Notes: generated by a model from the letters alone, not told the origin. Positions 1-11,675 are shown, numbered from the stretch's first letter. The stretch: DNA of 64,000 nucleotides from an uncultured Planctomycetota bacterium (GCA_963841915.1 CAWJEN010000006.1:224001-288000), one strand, 5' to 3'. Program-made: numbers and translations.

Positions 1-2
1 CT

Positions 3-524
3 GCCATGGTCGGCAAAGGTGCGATCACCGTCACGGGCCAGCTCGGTGACGTCATGAAGGAGTCGGCGACGGCCGCGTTCAGCCTTGTCCGCAGCCGCGC
101 GGACCTGCTCGGCATCGACGGCGACGAACTGGCCAAAAGCGACATCCACATCCACGTCCCCGCCGGTGCCATTCCCAAAGACGGCCCGAGTGCAGGCGTG
201 GCGATGTACACCGCCCTTGCGAGTTTGCTCTTGAAGCAGCCGGTCCGCAAAGACGTCGCCATGACCGGCGAAATCACCTTACGCGGCCTGGTCCTGCCCA
301 TCGGCGGGCTGAAAGAAAAAGCCCTCGCCGCCAAGCGGGCCGGCATCAAGGACTGCATCATTCCCAAGCGAAACGAGAAAGATCTGGTCGACGTGCCTGA
401 CGAGGTGAAGAAGGCCCTGCGATTCCACCCGGTCGAGCACGTCGACGAGGTGCTGGAGCTTGCTCTTGAAAAGCCGAAGGCAAAGAAGGCCGCCAAGAAG
501 ACCGTAGAACGCACGAAACGCTAG
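3..524 (+). CDS. lon: Lon protease, C-terminal proteolytic domain (5' part outside window)
   Basis: [17 protein letters not shown] catalytic-Ser motif, [21 protein letters not shown]. Confidence 0.95.
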   Translation, partial: AMVGKGAITVTGQLGDVMKESATAAFSLVRSRADLLGIDGDELAKSDIHIHVPAGAIPKDGPSAGVAMYTALASLLLKQPVRKDVAMTGEITLRGLVLPIGGLKEKALAAKRAGIKDCIIPKRNEKDLVDVPDEVKKALRFHPVEHVDEVLELALEKPKAKKAAKKTVERTKR

Positions 525-532
525 TGACCCCT

Positions 533-690
533 AGCCGCGGTCCCATGGACCGCCGGTCTGACGATGCGAGCAGCACCCACCGCTTGTCCTCCAGGCGGAG
601 ACTTCACATCTGCGAAACAGCCGCCCTGTGAGGAAGCCACGAAGGCAGTGCTTCGACTCCCGGTGATCGGCAGTCCGTGGGACCGCGGCT
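533..690. repeat. 158-bp REP/MITE-like element, family A, intergenic copy
   Basis: Terminal inverted repeat AGCCGCGGTCCCATGGAC (533-550) vs GTCCGTGGGACCGCGGCT (673-690), 17/18 match; related copies at 26116 and 55360. Confidence 0.85.
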
Positions 691-705
691 CTTGGGTCGC
701 TGCAA

Positions 706-1623
706 ATGCAAGGGTGCTTACGGTACTCGACCTTGTCGTCTCATGATCCTTATCTTGCCGCCCGGGACGTGACGCGGCGGCATGCGCGGTCATTTTACTT
801 TGCCAGCCCGTTTCTGCCGCGGAACAAGCGGCGGCACGCCTTTGCCGTCTACGCGCTATGCCGACGGCTTGACGATGCCGTCGATGAAGCTCCGAACCCG
901 CTCGCGGCACAGGCGGCGGTGGCGACGTTCGAGGCGATGCTCGACGATGTCTACGCCGACAGGTCGCTCGACGACGACGTGCTCGAAGCTGCTCGCCAAA
1001 CCGTCGCCGAATGCGACATCAGCCGCGAGCTCTTTGTCGACCTCGCCCGCGGCGTCGAGGCGGACCTGACCGTCGACCGGTACGGCGACTGGCAGATGCT
1101 CGAGCGATACTGCTACCTGGTGGCAGGTGTTGTCGGCCTCATGATGTGCGGCGTCTTTGACGTCCGTGATCCCGCCGCCCGGCCCCACGCGCTGGCGATG
1201 GGCAATGCGATGCAGCTGACGAACATCCTGCGAGACGTCAAAGAAGACTGGCAACGCGGCCGGCTGTACTTGCCGGCGGAGGATCTGCAACGTTTCGGCG
1301 TGACACGTGGCGACATCGACGCGATGACGAGCGGCCGCCCGGTCACGGACGGCTTCAGAAGGCTCATGACGTTCGAGATCAGCCGCGCCCGCAAGCTCTA
1401 CGCCGACGGCTATGCGGGCCTGGGGTACATCAAGCCTGACGGTGGCAGGCAGACGGCCGCGGTCATGGCCCATGTCTACGGCGGCATCCTCGACGCCATT
1501 GAACGCGGCGGTTACGACGTCTTTGCCAGCCGCAGACGCCTGCCATTCCCGCGAAAGCTACTACGCGTCCCTGCCGCCCTAATAATGAGTCGAGCAGCAG
1601 TCAATTCGGACGGTGCATCTTGA
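706..1623 (+). CDS. Phytoene/squalene synthase family protein (CrtB/HpnD-like); start may be TTG 733
   Basis: HARSFYFAS, YALCRRLDDAVD, YCYLVAGVVG, QLTNILRDVKED..RGRLYLP motifs. Confidence 0.9.
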   Translation: MQGCLRYSTLSSHDPYLAARDVTRRHARSFYFASPFLPRNKRRHAFAVYALCRRLDDAVDEAPNPLAAQAAVATFEAMLDDVYADRSLDDDVLEAARQTVAECDISRELFVDLARGVEADLTVDRYGDWQMLERYCYLVAGVVGLMMCGVFDVRDPAARPHALAMGNAMQLTNILRDVKEDWQRGRLYLPAEDLQRFGVTRGDIDAMTSGRPVTDGFRRLMTFEISRARKLYADGYAGLGYIKPDGGRQTAAVMAHVYGGILDAIERGGYDVFASRRRLPFPRKLLRVPAALIMSRAAVNSDGAS

Positions 1624-1660
1624 GTCGAGTCGCTGGAGCGACCTGCTAGCCGTTGATGTC

Positions 1661-2668
1661 CTAGCGGCGGCTTAGCATTGTGCTGAATTGGCTGGAGACG
1701 GCGTCGTAGCCCTCGACCGGACGGGCGATGTCGACGGTGCGGGCGGCCGGGGCAACTTTGCCGCGAGGAGCGGCGTCGTAACCGACAGCCAGCAGCCAAC
1801 GGCACGCAGGCCGCAGCGGGTCGAACCGGCTGCCGTCCGGCAGCACCCGCAAATCGCGATCGGCGGACGGCATCGACTCGAGAATGGCCAAGGCTAACGG
1901 GGGTGAGATGTCGGCATTGGTTACGGCCGTCCCGCCGTGGCCCACGCCCCACGCCGCCACTCGAGCTGCATCGACGGTCGGCCTGCCCCGCACGTGCTCC
2001 ACGGCCGCGGCAACGTCGAGCGACTCGGTCGCCCCAAACGTCATCGGTGACGCCTCATCCGGCTTGGCAGATCGAGTTTGCAGGACCAGGACGTGCGAGC
2101 CACCTTCATGCAGTCGCCGAGCGAGCGGCATCGTTTGACGTTCGTCGTGACCGGCGTCGTGGACGAGCACGACTGCGGGCCGGCGTTCGTGCAGGCCACC
2201 ACGGGCAAGATGGGCCGCATCGCGAGCGGCCGTCGCCGGAATCCAGACGGCAGAGATCGACACGCCGTCGACAGCTTCGAGTTCGATTCGCTCTGCGTAG
2301 AGCCCGGCCGGTCGGGCCGGCTCCGTCAGCGTCGTCAGGTCCGGCGGCTGAACTGCCAGGTACGTCGAGGCGGCAGAGACGGCCAGCAGCCCCGGCACGA
2401 TCCAGCCGATCTGGTAGCACGCCCGCTTCATCAGCTTGCCCGCCGACATCGGCCCGCCCGGCACGTCGCCCCAGGGCGTTGCCAGCACGGGCCAAAGCCT
2501 GCGACCGACTGCTGCCGTAGATCGACCAACGGCCGAGCAGGCGACAAGACCGAGGTGCATTGACCAGGCCGGCACTTTGCGCAGCGGTGGGACGAGGTAC
2601 GTCCACCAATGGTGCACCGGCCGCTCGAAGTCGCTGTGCGTGATCGGGGTAAGGCTGACTCGGTGCAT
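1661..2668 (-). CDS. Membrane-anchored alpha/beta-hydrolase-fold protein, catalytic Ser apparently absent
   Basis: ATG 2668 preceded by GGAG; TM segment; AVVLVHD, DVAAAVEHVR..VDAARVAAWGVGHGG (no GxSxG). Confidence 0.6.
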   Translation of the reverse strand: MHRVSLTPITHSDFERPVHHWWTYLVPPLRKVPAWSMHLGLVACSAVGRSTAAVGRRLWPVLATPWGDVPGGPMSAGKLMKRACYQIGWIVPGLLAVSAASTYLAVQPPDLTTLTEPARPAGLYAERIELEAVDGVSISAVWIPATAARDAAHLARGGLHERRPAVVLVHDAGHDERQTMPLARRLHEGGSHVLVLQTRSAKPDEASPMTFGATESLDVAAAVEHVRGRPTVDAARVAAWGVGHGGTAVTNADISPPLALAILESMPSADRDLRVLPDGSRFDPLRPACRWLLAVGYDAAPRGKVAPAARTVDIARPVEGYDAVSSQFSTMLSRR

Positions 2669-2861
2669 GGGAACAACTCCGGTGTTGGGGAACTCGATGA
2701 CACGGGATCCGTCGCGTGGCGTCCCCATGACGTCGCATCCAAAGCCAAGCTGGGCAAGGTGGCCGGTTTGACCGGCGGACGCTGGTCCGATAGTTTGCGG
2801 GGCGACGGAACGGGCACGATGCCCTTCTGCACAAATCCTCCTCTTGCGAAGGACGGTCAGG

Positions 2862-3617
2862 ATGACCCGACCCGCGAAATCTGGCGGCAAGCTCGCCCTC
2901 TTCGAAGTACTCAACAACAGCCGCGACGCTGCCGCACCCTCTCCCGCGGCGGCCAAGCCGCAGCCCGAACGTCAACCGACGCGTCAAAGCGTTACCGGCG
3001 ACGACGGCTCGTCCTTCCCATTCGGCAAAGCCCTGCTTGCGACCACTGCGGTCGCAGCCATCGTGGGCGCTGCGTTCTTCGTCGGCCGCATGTCAGCCGC
3101 ATCGGACAACACAGCCGTCGCGGCATCGGGCGATGTTCGGCCTGACGTGCTGGACGTCGACCCCATTGCCAACGTCGACGACCGCCTGCTCCCGACTGCT
3201 CGCCTGGCCGGTGGCAGCACCGTTGTTGCCACATCTCCCGTCACGCTCGGCCCACGCGGCACGCCCGGTGCGGCTGCGACCGTCGCCACTGCGCCACCTG
3301 CGGTCACGCCGGCAGACGTGGAGCGGATCGACGGCCTCAACTATCTGCTGATACAAAGCTACCACCCGAGCGAGCGCGACCGGGCCGACGCGACCGCCGC
3401 CGCCCTCATCGACGCCGGCATTGGTGCGACTGTCGAGACCAAGATCCGCGGCTGGGGCAACTACTGGTGCGTCGTCGGCACCGAGTCGTTCAAGCGTCGC
3501 ACGCGTAACCCGGACCTCGACGCGTACAAGAATCGCGTGATGGCCGTCGGCCGTGACGCGAGCAAGAGCCGGCTCATCAAAGCCTTCGACCCGCAACTCG
3601 TTCAATGGGGCCGCTGA
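2862..3617 (+). CDS. Hypothetical single-pass membrane protein (possible SPOR-like C-terminal domain)
   Basis: TM helix, Pro/Ala/Thr linker, small globular C-terminus. Confidence 0.55.
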   Translation: MTRPAKSGGKLALFEVLNNSRDAAAPSPAAAKPQPERQPTRQSVTGDDGSSFPFGKALLATTAVAAIVGAAFFVGRMSAASDNTAVAASGDVRPDVLDVDPIANVDDRLLPTARLAGGSTVVATSPVTLGPRGTPGAAATVATAPPAVTPADVERIDGLNYLLIQSYHPSERDRADATAAALIDAGIGATVETKIRGWGNYWCVVGTESFKRRTRNPDLDAYKNRVMAVGRDASKSRLIKAFDPQLVQWGR

Positions 3618-3624
3618 GGCGATC

Positions 3625-4077
3625 TCACTCACCTGTCTGCAGCAGTTCCGTCGCCCGGCGGAGCAGCTTCTCGAGGCTGGCGGGTTTGTGGAAGTAGTCG
3701 TTGACGCCGCGGGCTTCTGCGTACTGCTGGTGCCGAACGCCTTCATTGCCGGTGAGCATGATGATGAACGGCTTCTCGCTCGGCAGGCGGTCACCCTTGA
3801 GCCGCTCGAGCACGAGGAAGCCGCTTCGGCCCGGCAACATCATGTCGAGCACGAGCAGGTCGACCTTTTCGCTGCTGGCAATGTCGACCGCGCGGTTGCC
3901 GTTGCGGGCAGTAAAGAGGCGGCAGCCCGTCGGCTCGAACGCGGCCTCGAGCGTCTGCAGCACGTCGACATCGTCATCGACCAGCAAGACGGTGAAGCCC
4001 GACAATGGCCCTGCTTCGTCCGCGCCTTCGTGCTGGTCGTTATCGTTCTGCTGAGCTTCGAGCTGTTCGGTCGACAT
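3625..4077 (-). CDS. Single-domain response regulator (receiver)
   Basis: VLLVDDD, LLVLDMMLP, IIMLTG, DYFHKP motifs. Confidence 0.9.
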   Translation of the reverse strand: MSTEQLEAQQNDNDQHEGADEAGPLSGFTVLLVDDDVDVLQTLEAAFEPTGCRLFTARNGNRAVDIASSEKVDLLVLDMMLPGRSGFLVLERLKGDRLPSEKPFIIMLTGNEGVRHQQYAEARGVNDYFHKPASLEKLLRRATELLQTGE

Positions 4078-4235
4078 GAGTCCGCATTGTCCGCGTGCAG
4101 GACCATATAAGTCAAGGTACAACGCTTGAAGTTAGCCAATTGAGCCCGCATGGCCGATAAGACAACGGTCGGAGCCACCACGAATGGAGGCGACCGGCAC
4201 CAAGACCCGACAATCCCCGCGCAAGGACCGCGCCT

Positions 4236-5240
4236 GTGCCCCTGATTTTCAACGACACGCCTGCCTCGCCCTCCGCACACGCCCCACGCCTGGCCGACAT
4301 GTTCGGCGGGCGAGGCGATCGCTTCGCCGGACCTTTCGGCGGAGACGCGGACGACCCGATCCTGCTGCTCGACAGCGGCCTGGGTGGCATGACCGTGGCC
4401 AAGGCCATCCGCCAGCGACTGCCACGCGAGCGGCTCGTCTACGTCGGTGACACCGCCCGCGTGCCGTATGGGTCCAAGAGCCCGGCCGCCATTCGGGCGG
4501 CCGCGTGCGGCGTGCTTCGGGCGGCCCTGTCACGCCTCAGCGAAACCGGCCGCCGACCCAAGCACGTCGTCGTCGCGTGCAACTCGGCCAGCGCCAACGC
4601 CCTTGAAGCGCTTCGCGACACGGCCGGTGACGCATTCGGCGTGACGGGTGTCATTCAGAGCGGCGTCCGCACCGCCTGCGCCGCAGGTGGCAGCAAGACC
4701 CGCCCCACAATTGGTGTCATCGCCACTGAGGCGACCATCCGCAGCCGGGCGTATGACACTGCAATCGCCCTACGTCGGCCGCGCGCGCACCTGCTGCTGC
4801 GTGCGACGCCGATGCTTGTGCCCATTGTCGAAGAAGGCCGCAAGGCCGGTGACCCGCTGGTCGACTTGGCGTTGCGTCAGTACCTGACGCCGATGCTTCG
4901 CCGGGCAAAGGAGCTTGCCGAAGGCCTCGACGTGCTCGTCCTCGGCTGCACGCACTACCCAGCCCTGCTCGACGCTATCCGCAAGGTCGTCGGCGAAGAG
5001 ACGACCATCGTCGACTCGGCAGGCGAATGCGCCGCAGACGTGGCCGAACGCCTCGACCGCGCGGGCCTGCTCCGGGCGATGGGTGACCCCGCACCTGTCC
5101 GTGTGATGGCGACCGATGTCACCAGTCGATTCAGCAAGCTCGCCTGCCGCCTCCTAGGCGAGACAATCGAGGCTGCTGAGCTGTTGACGGTCGAAGACGG
5201 AGCGGCGCAGGACGCAGAGCCGATGCTGATGCGGGCTTGA
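4236..5240 (+). CDS. murI: Glutamate racemase
   Basis: DSGLGGMTV, GDTARVPYG, VVACNSAS, LGCTHYP. Confidence 0.92.
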   Translation: MPLIFNDTPASPSAHAPRLADMFGGRGDRFAGPFGGDADDPILLLDSGLGGMTVAKAIRQRLPRERLVYVGDTARVPYGSKSPAAIRAAACGVLRAALSRLSETGRRPKHVVVACNSASANALEALRDTAGDAFGVTGVIQSGVRTACAAGGSKTRPTIGVIATEATIRSRAYDTAIALRRPRAHLLLRATPMLVPIVEEGRKAGDPLVDLALRQYLTPMLRRAKELAEGLDVLVLGCTHYPALLDAIRKVVGEETTIVDSAGECAADVAERLDRAGLLRAMGDPAPVRVMATDVTSRFSKLACRLLGETIEAAELLTVEDGAAQDAEPMLMRA

Positions 5241-5321
5241 GGATGGTTGAGGGTTACCTGTTCAAAGCCACGGAAGTGGCTTTGCCGGGTGTTGTGTTGG
5301 CTCGCGTTCTAGTGTGGTGCG

Positions 5322-6062
5322 ATGCGTTGCAAGGCTTTGATTCTGCTGTCGGGGCTGCTGCTGGTCGGGTGCAGCACGTCGCCGGACCGCGAGCCGTTTA
5401 CGGCAGACGATCCGAACCTTCGCGTGCAGCCGACGTTGGCTGCTGCGTTCACGGGCGTGGCCGGAACGATGGAGGCCGGGCTCGAAGCCGTCGGCCTGTT
5501 CCTCCGCACGCCGCCCAAGCAATTTGCCCAGACGCTTGTCGATGAGACCGCAACAGCCGACGCTCGTCGCAACGCGATCAACGGCCTTGTCCGTCGACCT
5601 GCCGGCCAATCCGACACCTACGTCGCCGCCTACGCCGCCATCGCCGCCGACACGTCGGGCGAGGATGCACTTGTCCGCGCGGTGGCCGTTCGGGCGCTGA
5701 ACCGATCGGAGGCAGATCGCAGCGAGCTTTACATCAGCCTGCTCACCGATCGTGACGAGCGTGTCCGCCTTGAGGCGGCCAAGGCGTTGTCGAAGGTGCC
5801 CGCCGACGACGCCGTCGCCCCGCTTCTGGCGATGGCGACCGACAGCACCGAAGACCTCGACGTTCGCCTTGCCGCCGTCTACGCGTTGCGGCATTACGCG
5901 CAGCCGGAAGTCGTCGAGCGGCTCGTCGCGTTGCTCGACGCCCAACCGTTTGCCGTCGCCTTCCAGGCGAGGACGGCGTTGGTTCGCATGCTTGGCATCG
6001 ATCGCGGCTACGATCGCGACGCCTGGCTTTCGCCCCAGAGCACACCCACCGGGGCCGGCTGA
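5322..6062 (+). CDS. HEAT-repeat lipoprotein
   Basis: Lipobox LLVGC; repeated VRxxAxxAL helical repeats. Confidence 0.8.
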   Translation: MRCKALILLSGLLLVGCSTSPDREPFTADDPNLRVQPTLAAAFTGVAGTMEAGLEAVGLFLRTPPKQFAQTLVDETATADARRNAINGLVRRPAGQSDTYVAAYAAIAADTSGEDALVRAVAVRALNRSEADRSELYISLLTDRDERVRLEAAKALSKVPADDAVAPLLAMATDSTEDLDVRLAAVYALRHYAQPEVVERLVALLDAQPFAVAFQARTALVRMLGIDRGYDRDAWLSPQSTPTGAG

Positions 6063-7030
6063 TGCGTGCGCTCGTCTTCAGCGACAAGCTCAAACTCGAC
6101 AACGCCCGCCCGACGCCGACGCGTGGGGCCGGCGAAGCGCTGCTGCGCCTCCGCATGGCAGGTGTTTGTGCGACCGACCTCGAGATTGTCCGCGGATACA
6201 TGGGCTTCCAAGGGACGCTCGGGCACGAATTCGTCGCAACCGTCGAGGCGGCGGACGACGCGTCGCTCGTCGGTCTGCGTGTCGTCGGTGACATCAACTG
6301 CGTGTGCGGCACCTGCGACCTGTGCCAACGCGGCTTGAGCAGCCACTGCCGACACCGCACGGTGCTCGGCATCCTCGGCCGTGACGGCTGCTTTGCCGAC
6401 CTATTCGCGCTGCCGGAAGCGAACCTGCACGTCGTCCCTGACAACGTCAGCGATGAGGAGGCCGTCTTCGTCGAACCGCTCGCCGCAGCCGTACAGGTGC
6501 GGCAGCAACTCGGTGCGGCTTTGACGCCCAAGACGTGGATCACCGTGCTCGGCGACGGCCGATTGGGGCTGCTCGTGGCCCAAGTCCTACACGCGACAGG
6601 CGCTCCCGTTCGTGTCGTCGGGCGGCACGCGTCAAAACTGGCATTATGCGAACGGTGGGGCATCAAAGCACGCCATCTGCGCGAGATTCAGCCGCGGCAC
6701 GATCAGGATGTCGTCGTCGATTGCACCGGCAGCGCATCTGGACTTTCCATCGCGGCGGCCATGTGTCGGCCGCGTGGGACGCTCGTGCTGAAGTCGACCG
6801 TCGCCCCGTCGCCGGGTGGTCAGCCGATCGATCTGGCGCCGATCGTCATCGACGAGATCACGGTCGTCGGCAGCCGCTGCGGCCCGTTTCGGCCGGCCTT
6901 GCAACTGCTCAGTGAAGCCCGCGTCGATGTCGCCAGCCTGATCACCCGCCGCATGAAACTTGCCGACGGCGTCGAGGCGGTGAAGGCAGCCGACAAGCCG
7001 GGCGTGCTGAAGGTCTTGCTGGAGCCTTGA
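6062..7030 (+). CDS. Zinc-dependent alcohol dehydrogenase (MDR family)
   Basis: GVCATD, GHEFV, CxxCxxC...C structural Zn site, GDGRLG. Confidence 0.9.
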   Translation: MRALVFSDKLKLDNARPTPTRGAGEALLRLRMAGVCATDLEIVRGYMGFQGTLGHEFVATVEAADDASLVGLRVVGDINCVCGTCDLCQRGLSSHCRHRTVLGILGRDGCFADLFALPEANLHVVPDNVSDEEAVFVEPLAAAVQVRQQLGAALTPKTWITVLGDGRLGLLVAQVLHATGAPVRVVGRHASKLALCERWGIKARHLREIQPRHDQDVVVDCTGSASGLSIAAAMCRPRGTLVLKSTVAPSPGGQPIDLAPIVIDEITVVGSRCGPFRPALQLLSEARVDVASLITRRMKLADGVEAVKAADKPGVLKVLLEP

Positions 7031-7036
7031 GGCCGC

Positions 7037-7206
7037 CGGATGAACGCGAAGGGGCGAAGAAGCGAAGGTCCGCGAAGGAGGAGGAAAGAGAATCACAGCT
7101 CAGTCAGCAGGATGAATACTTGCAGTTCTCGTCACAAGCGTGAACCCCTGCTTCTCGCATCTGACCTTCGCGGACCTTCGCCCCTTTGCCCCTTCGCGTT
7201 CATCCG
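7037..7206. repeat. 170-bp inverted-repeat element, family B, between convergent genes
   Basis: 42-bp arms 7037-7078 and 7165-7206 are reverse complements with 3 mismatches; built from GCGAAG units. Confidence 0.85.
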
Positions 7207-7217
7207 TCTGTCGAGGG

Positions 7218-8986
7218 TTACATCCGCTCGGGATGTTCGATGCCCAGCAGATCCAGCGCCTTGGCCAGCGTGCGGCCGGTCAGATCGGCCAGGGCCAATC
7301 GGCTCGTGCGGACGTCGCCCTCGCTCTTGAGGATCGGGCAGGCATCGTAGAAACGGCTGAACTTCTTCGACAGATCGTACAAGTACGCACACAAGACGTG
7401 CGGCCGAAGGTCGCGGGCGACCTGCTCGATCACGTCACCAAAGCTCAGCAGCTCTTTCGCCAACGCCAGTTCGGCGTCTTCATTGAGGACGGTGACCGCG
7501 CCACCTAGCTCAATGCCCGCCTCGGCCGCCTTGCGAAGGACGGACCGGACGCGGGCGTGAGCGTATTGCATGTACGGCCCGCTGTTGCCGTCGAGACGCA
7601 GCATGTCGTCAAAGCTGAACACGTAGTCGCTGCTGCGGTCCTTGCTCAGGTCGGCGTACTTGACGGCACCGATGCCGACGGCTTTGGCGAGGCGCTGCTT
7701 CTCGTCTTCGGGCAGATTCGGCGATGCGACTTCGACCACCGTCATCGCCCGCTGCTCGGCCTCGTCGAGCAGGTCGGCTCAGCTGAATCGTCTTGCCGGC
7801 ACGCGTCTTGAACGGCTTGCCGTCTTCGCCGAGCACCGCACCGAATGCCGCGTGGACGTACTCGCACGTGCCGGGCCAGTCGGCCTTCTCCACCGCCTCG
7901 GCGTAGGTGGCAAAGACCTGGCGAAAATGCTGAGTCTGACGGGCGTCGACGAGGTAGACGCTGCGATCGGCGTGCAAGCTCGCTCGCCCTGAACTTGCAC
8001 GCGGCAAGGTCGGTCGTGCCGTACCCGTAACCGCCGTCGCTCTTGCGGATCATGAGCGGGCTCTCGAAGCCACCGGCAAAGCTGACGACGGCCCCTTCGC
8101 TTTCGACGGCAACGCCGGCGTCGAGTAAGTCGCCGACCACGCCCGGCAGCTTGTCGTTGTAGAACGACTCACCACGCTCGTCGCCGCGCTCGAGCAGCAC
8201 GCCAAGGCGGCCGTAGAGCGGCTCGTAGTGGCGGCGGGTCTCATCGATGAACCGCTGCCATGCCTCGACGACCTCTTCGTCGCCACGTTGCAGAGCGACG
8301 ACCGTCTCTCGGGCGATCTGCTTGAAGTCGTCGTCTTCGTCGAAGCGTTGCTTGGCCTGTTTGTAGAACGACTCGAGGTCACCGATGTCGGCCGTCTGCA
8401 GGCCGCCTGCTTCGCGGAGCCGAGCGATCAGCATGCCGAACTGCGTGCCCCAGTCGCCGACGTGGTTCTGGCGGATGACGCTGTGGCCGGCGAAGGTGCT
8501 GGCGCGGGCGACGCTGTCGCCGAGAATCGTCGCGCGGAAGTGACCGACGTGCAGCTGCTTGGCGATGTTGGGGCTGCTGTACTCGATGACGACCGTTTGC
8601 GGCTGGGCGACGACGGGCACGCCGATGCGGTCGTCGACCAGCGCTGCCGACGCCTGTCTGGCGACCCAATCGGGCGAGAGGCGGAAATTGACGAAGCCCG
8701 GCCCGGCCACGTCCGGGGCCGCGGCGAGCAGGTCACCCACCTCCAGCTTGGCTGCGACGTCCGTCGCGAGCTGTCGCGGATTGACCTTTTCGCCCCGCTC
8801 CTTCTTGAGCCGACCGGCCACGCCCATGGCGGCGTTGGACTGATAATCGCCCATCTGCGGGTTTCCGCAGGGAGCAACAAGCGGGTCGACGTGCTCCAGG
8901 CCGGTCGCTAGCTCGAAAGCCTCGGCGACGGCTTGGGCGAGCAGGCGGAGCGGGGTCGGGAACGTGGGCGAAGTGGTCGATGACAT
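7218..8986 (-). CDS. argS: Arginine--tRNA ligase, split by two apparent +1 indels (~7976, ~7780)
   Basis: GPGFVNF, EYSSPNIAKQLHVGHFR, NHVGDWGTQFGMLI, KSDGGYGY; second frame GKPFKTRAG; third frame AVKYADLS, GNSGPYMQYAHAR, LDLLGIEHPERM. Confidence 0.92.
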
Positions 8987-9104
8987 AAGCAGCGGTTGGC
9001 AGCACCGTAGTGAGGCGGCCCTGAGCGGCTGCAACCTTGGCGGCCGTGGATCGTATAACGTTTGTCCTGCCGTCTTGAGGCATTAGCTAGCGAAGGAACC
9101 GCCC

Positions 9105-11515
9105 ATGAAGTTGATTCGTCCCGCCGCCCGTCTTCGTCTGATCGCCGCCGTTGCCGTGACTGTGGCTGCTGTCACCGGCGCGTGCACCGCTCTGCCGATG
9201 CACAGCCGCGGGCGGTCGCGGGTCCGATGCTCGCCGGCACGTCGAACGCGGTGATGGCCGAGGCCCTCGCCATGGCCGACGGGGAGCTGATGAACGCTGA
9301 GGAGCTCAAGCGTCAGGCCATCGCTGCCAGTCGCACGGGTGATTTTGTCAAGAGCGAGTCGCTACTCGAGCAGGCGATCAAGGAACGCCCCGACGACCCG
9401 GCGTTGCACCGCATGGACGCCTGGGTCGCCCGCTTCATCCAGCAGCGGGCCGACTTCGACAGCGAACGGCAGAAGGCGTACGACCAGCAGGTTCTGGACG
9501 TGCAACTGCTTCGTGACAACGGCTACCGCTCGCACGCGTTACGCGCCGCCCATGCCGCCTCGACGCTCGCCGCCGACCGCGAGGCTTACACGTCGCTGCC
9601 TTGGGTAGCCGAGCTGATCGACGACGGCGCAAAGCGTGCTGCCGAGTACGAGGAGAACGGGCAGTGGCTCAAGGCCATGCGGGTGTACGGTGACCTGGCC
9701 GGTTTAGAGCCGCTTGATGTCGAGTGGAACGCCAAGTTCAAGGCCGCTCAGCGCCGCGTGCGGCTGCTGGCGACGTACGTCCCAGGCCACTTCGACGGAT
9801 TGCGCGAAGAAGCGCTCGAAGAAGTGCAGGCGGTCGACAAGCTGCTGGCCGAGAGTCGCAAGATCGGCAACGCCGAGGCCGGTGACCCGATCGACGACCC
9901 GGACCTATCCGACGGCGAAGCGAGTGACGCCATCGACGGCGAACCGGCCACCCAGCCGAGCACACAACCGGCCGTTGATGATTTTGCCCCGCTGGCCGAG
10001 GAGTTCAAAAGCGATTGGCACGACGCGCTCGAAGGCGTGTCAATGACGATGCTCCGTGACGCCCTCGAAGACGCCCGGCAGTACCACGTCCGCACGGTCG
10101 CCCTGAAGGAAATGCTCACCGGTGGCCTGGAAGCGACGCTCGCCGTGGCCACGACGCCCGGCATGGAGGCCACTTTCCCCACGCTCGACGACGAGGTTGC
10201 ACGCACGCGATTTATCGAAGGACTCAATGCCGAAATGGCCGCCTTGTCGGGCAACGCTGAGGCCGACCGCAACACGGCCGGTCGACTGCTTCGCACGATC
10301 TCGGCCTTGAACAAGCGGACGCTGAAGCTGCCTGAAGAGGTGCTCGCCGCCGAGTTTGCCGACGGTGCGTTAACGAAGCTCGACCCGTTCACAGCCATGA
10401 TCTGGCCGAGCCAGGTCGACGAGTTCAAGAAGAGCACACAAGGCAACTTCGTTGGCGTCGGCATCAAGATCCGGGCCGAAGACTCCGGCGACCTGCGCGT
10501 TATCAGCCCGCTGCCCGGCGGGCCTGCCATCGAAAATGGCATCCGCTACGGCGACGTTATCACCCACATCGACGGTAAAAGCGCCCACGGCATCAGCGAC
10601 ACCGACGCCGTCAAGGTCATTACCGGAGAACCCGGATCCGATGTCACCCTTACCATCCGCAGCCTCGACGGCACCGTCGTCGAGCACACCCTGACCCGCC
10701 GCCAGATCGATGTCCGAAGCGTCACCGGCTGGCAGCAGCTCGACGACGGCAAGTGGGACTGGATCGCCGACGACGAGACAGGCGTTGCCTACCTGAAGGT
10801 TACGAACTTTCAGGCATCGACGGGCGAGGAGCTTGAAAAGGCCCTTATTGATGCCCAGGAGCAAGGGGCCAAGGGCATTGTCCTCGACCTCCGCTACAAC
10901 CCGGGCGGTCTGCTCAAGAGCGCTGTAGAAGTCAGCGACCGCTTCCTGACCGGCCGCGAAGGTAACGGCCAGATCGTCTCGACCCGCGGCGAACGCCAGG
11001 GCGGGCCACGGAACACGTTCCGCGCCAACCGACAACGCGGCGACATCGACCTGCCGATGGTCGTGCTCGTCAACGGTTACAGCGCCAGTGCCAGTGAAAT
11101 CGTCAGCGGTGCCCTCAAGGACAACAGCCGCGCCCTCGTCGTCGGCGAACGCACCTTCGGCAAGGGCAGCGTGCAAATGCTCTTCGACCTCGCCGGTCGC
11201 GGAGGCGACGCGTGGCTCAAGCTCACCACGAGCCACTACTACCTGCCCAGCGGCCGAAACATTCACAAGGAAGAGTTCGATACGGAATGGGGTGTCGACC
11301 CCGATGTGACTGTCCCCATGACGCTGCGGCAAAGCTCTGACGCCATCCAGGCTCGCCAGGCACTCGACGTGCTTCGTGACGACGGCACGTCGGCAACGAT
11401 CAAGGTCGAGAACGCCGATGTCGACGCCGAAGAGGCGTTGCTCGACAACGACGCCCAGCTGTCTGCGGGCATTCTGCTGCTCCGCATGGAGCTGACCGGC
11501 GAGTCGGTGCTCTGA
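9105..11515 (+). CDS. S41 carboxy-terminal processing protease with long N-terminal helical region; signal peptide is out of frame (indel ~9190-9220)
   Basis: PDZ (GVGIKI), LDLRYNPGGLL, SASASEIVSGALKD, RTFGKGSVQ; ATG 9105 after AAGGA begins MKLIRPAARLRLIAAVAV in another frame. Confidence 0.88.
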
Positions 11516-11566
11516 GCGGCGCGCAGGCGTTGTGTTATCTCAGCAGGCGATTATTTGCAACGCGGG

Positions 11567-11595
11567 TTGCAGGAGGCGATCAGGTGGCGCATAAT
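11567..11595 (+). promoter_or_regulatory. Putative sigma70 promoter of PEP-CTERM gene
   Basis: TTGCAG-N17-CATAAT, 80 bp upstream of ATG 11676. Confidence 0.45.
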
Positions 11596-11675
11596 GGGCC
11601 ACATTCATCCCGCGCAAGCGTCTGTGCCCGCTGTGGGCACGGACAAGCGGAAATCGCCTGCTGAGGAGAAGCACT

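Noticed and set aside
7218..8986. Programmed frameshifting or pseudogenisation of argS, atpA and atpF
   Set aside because: No slippery sequences; the genes are essential and otherwise well conserved, so assembly error is more parsimonious
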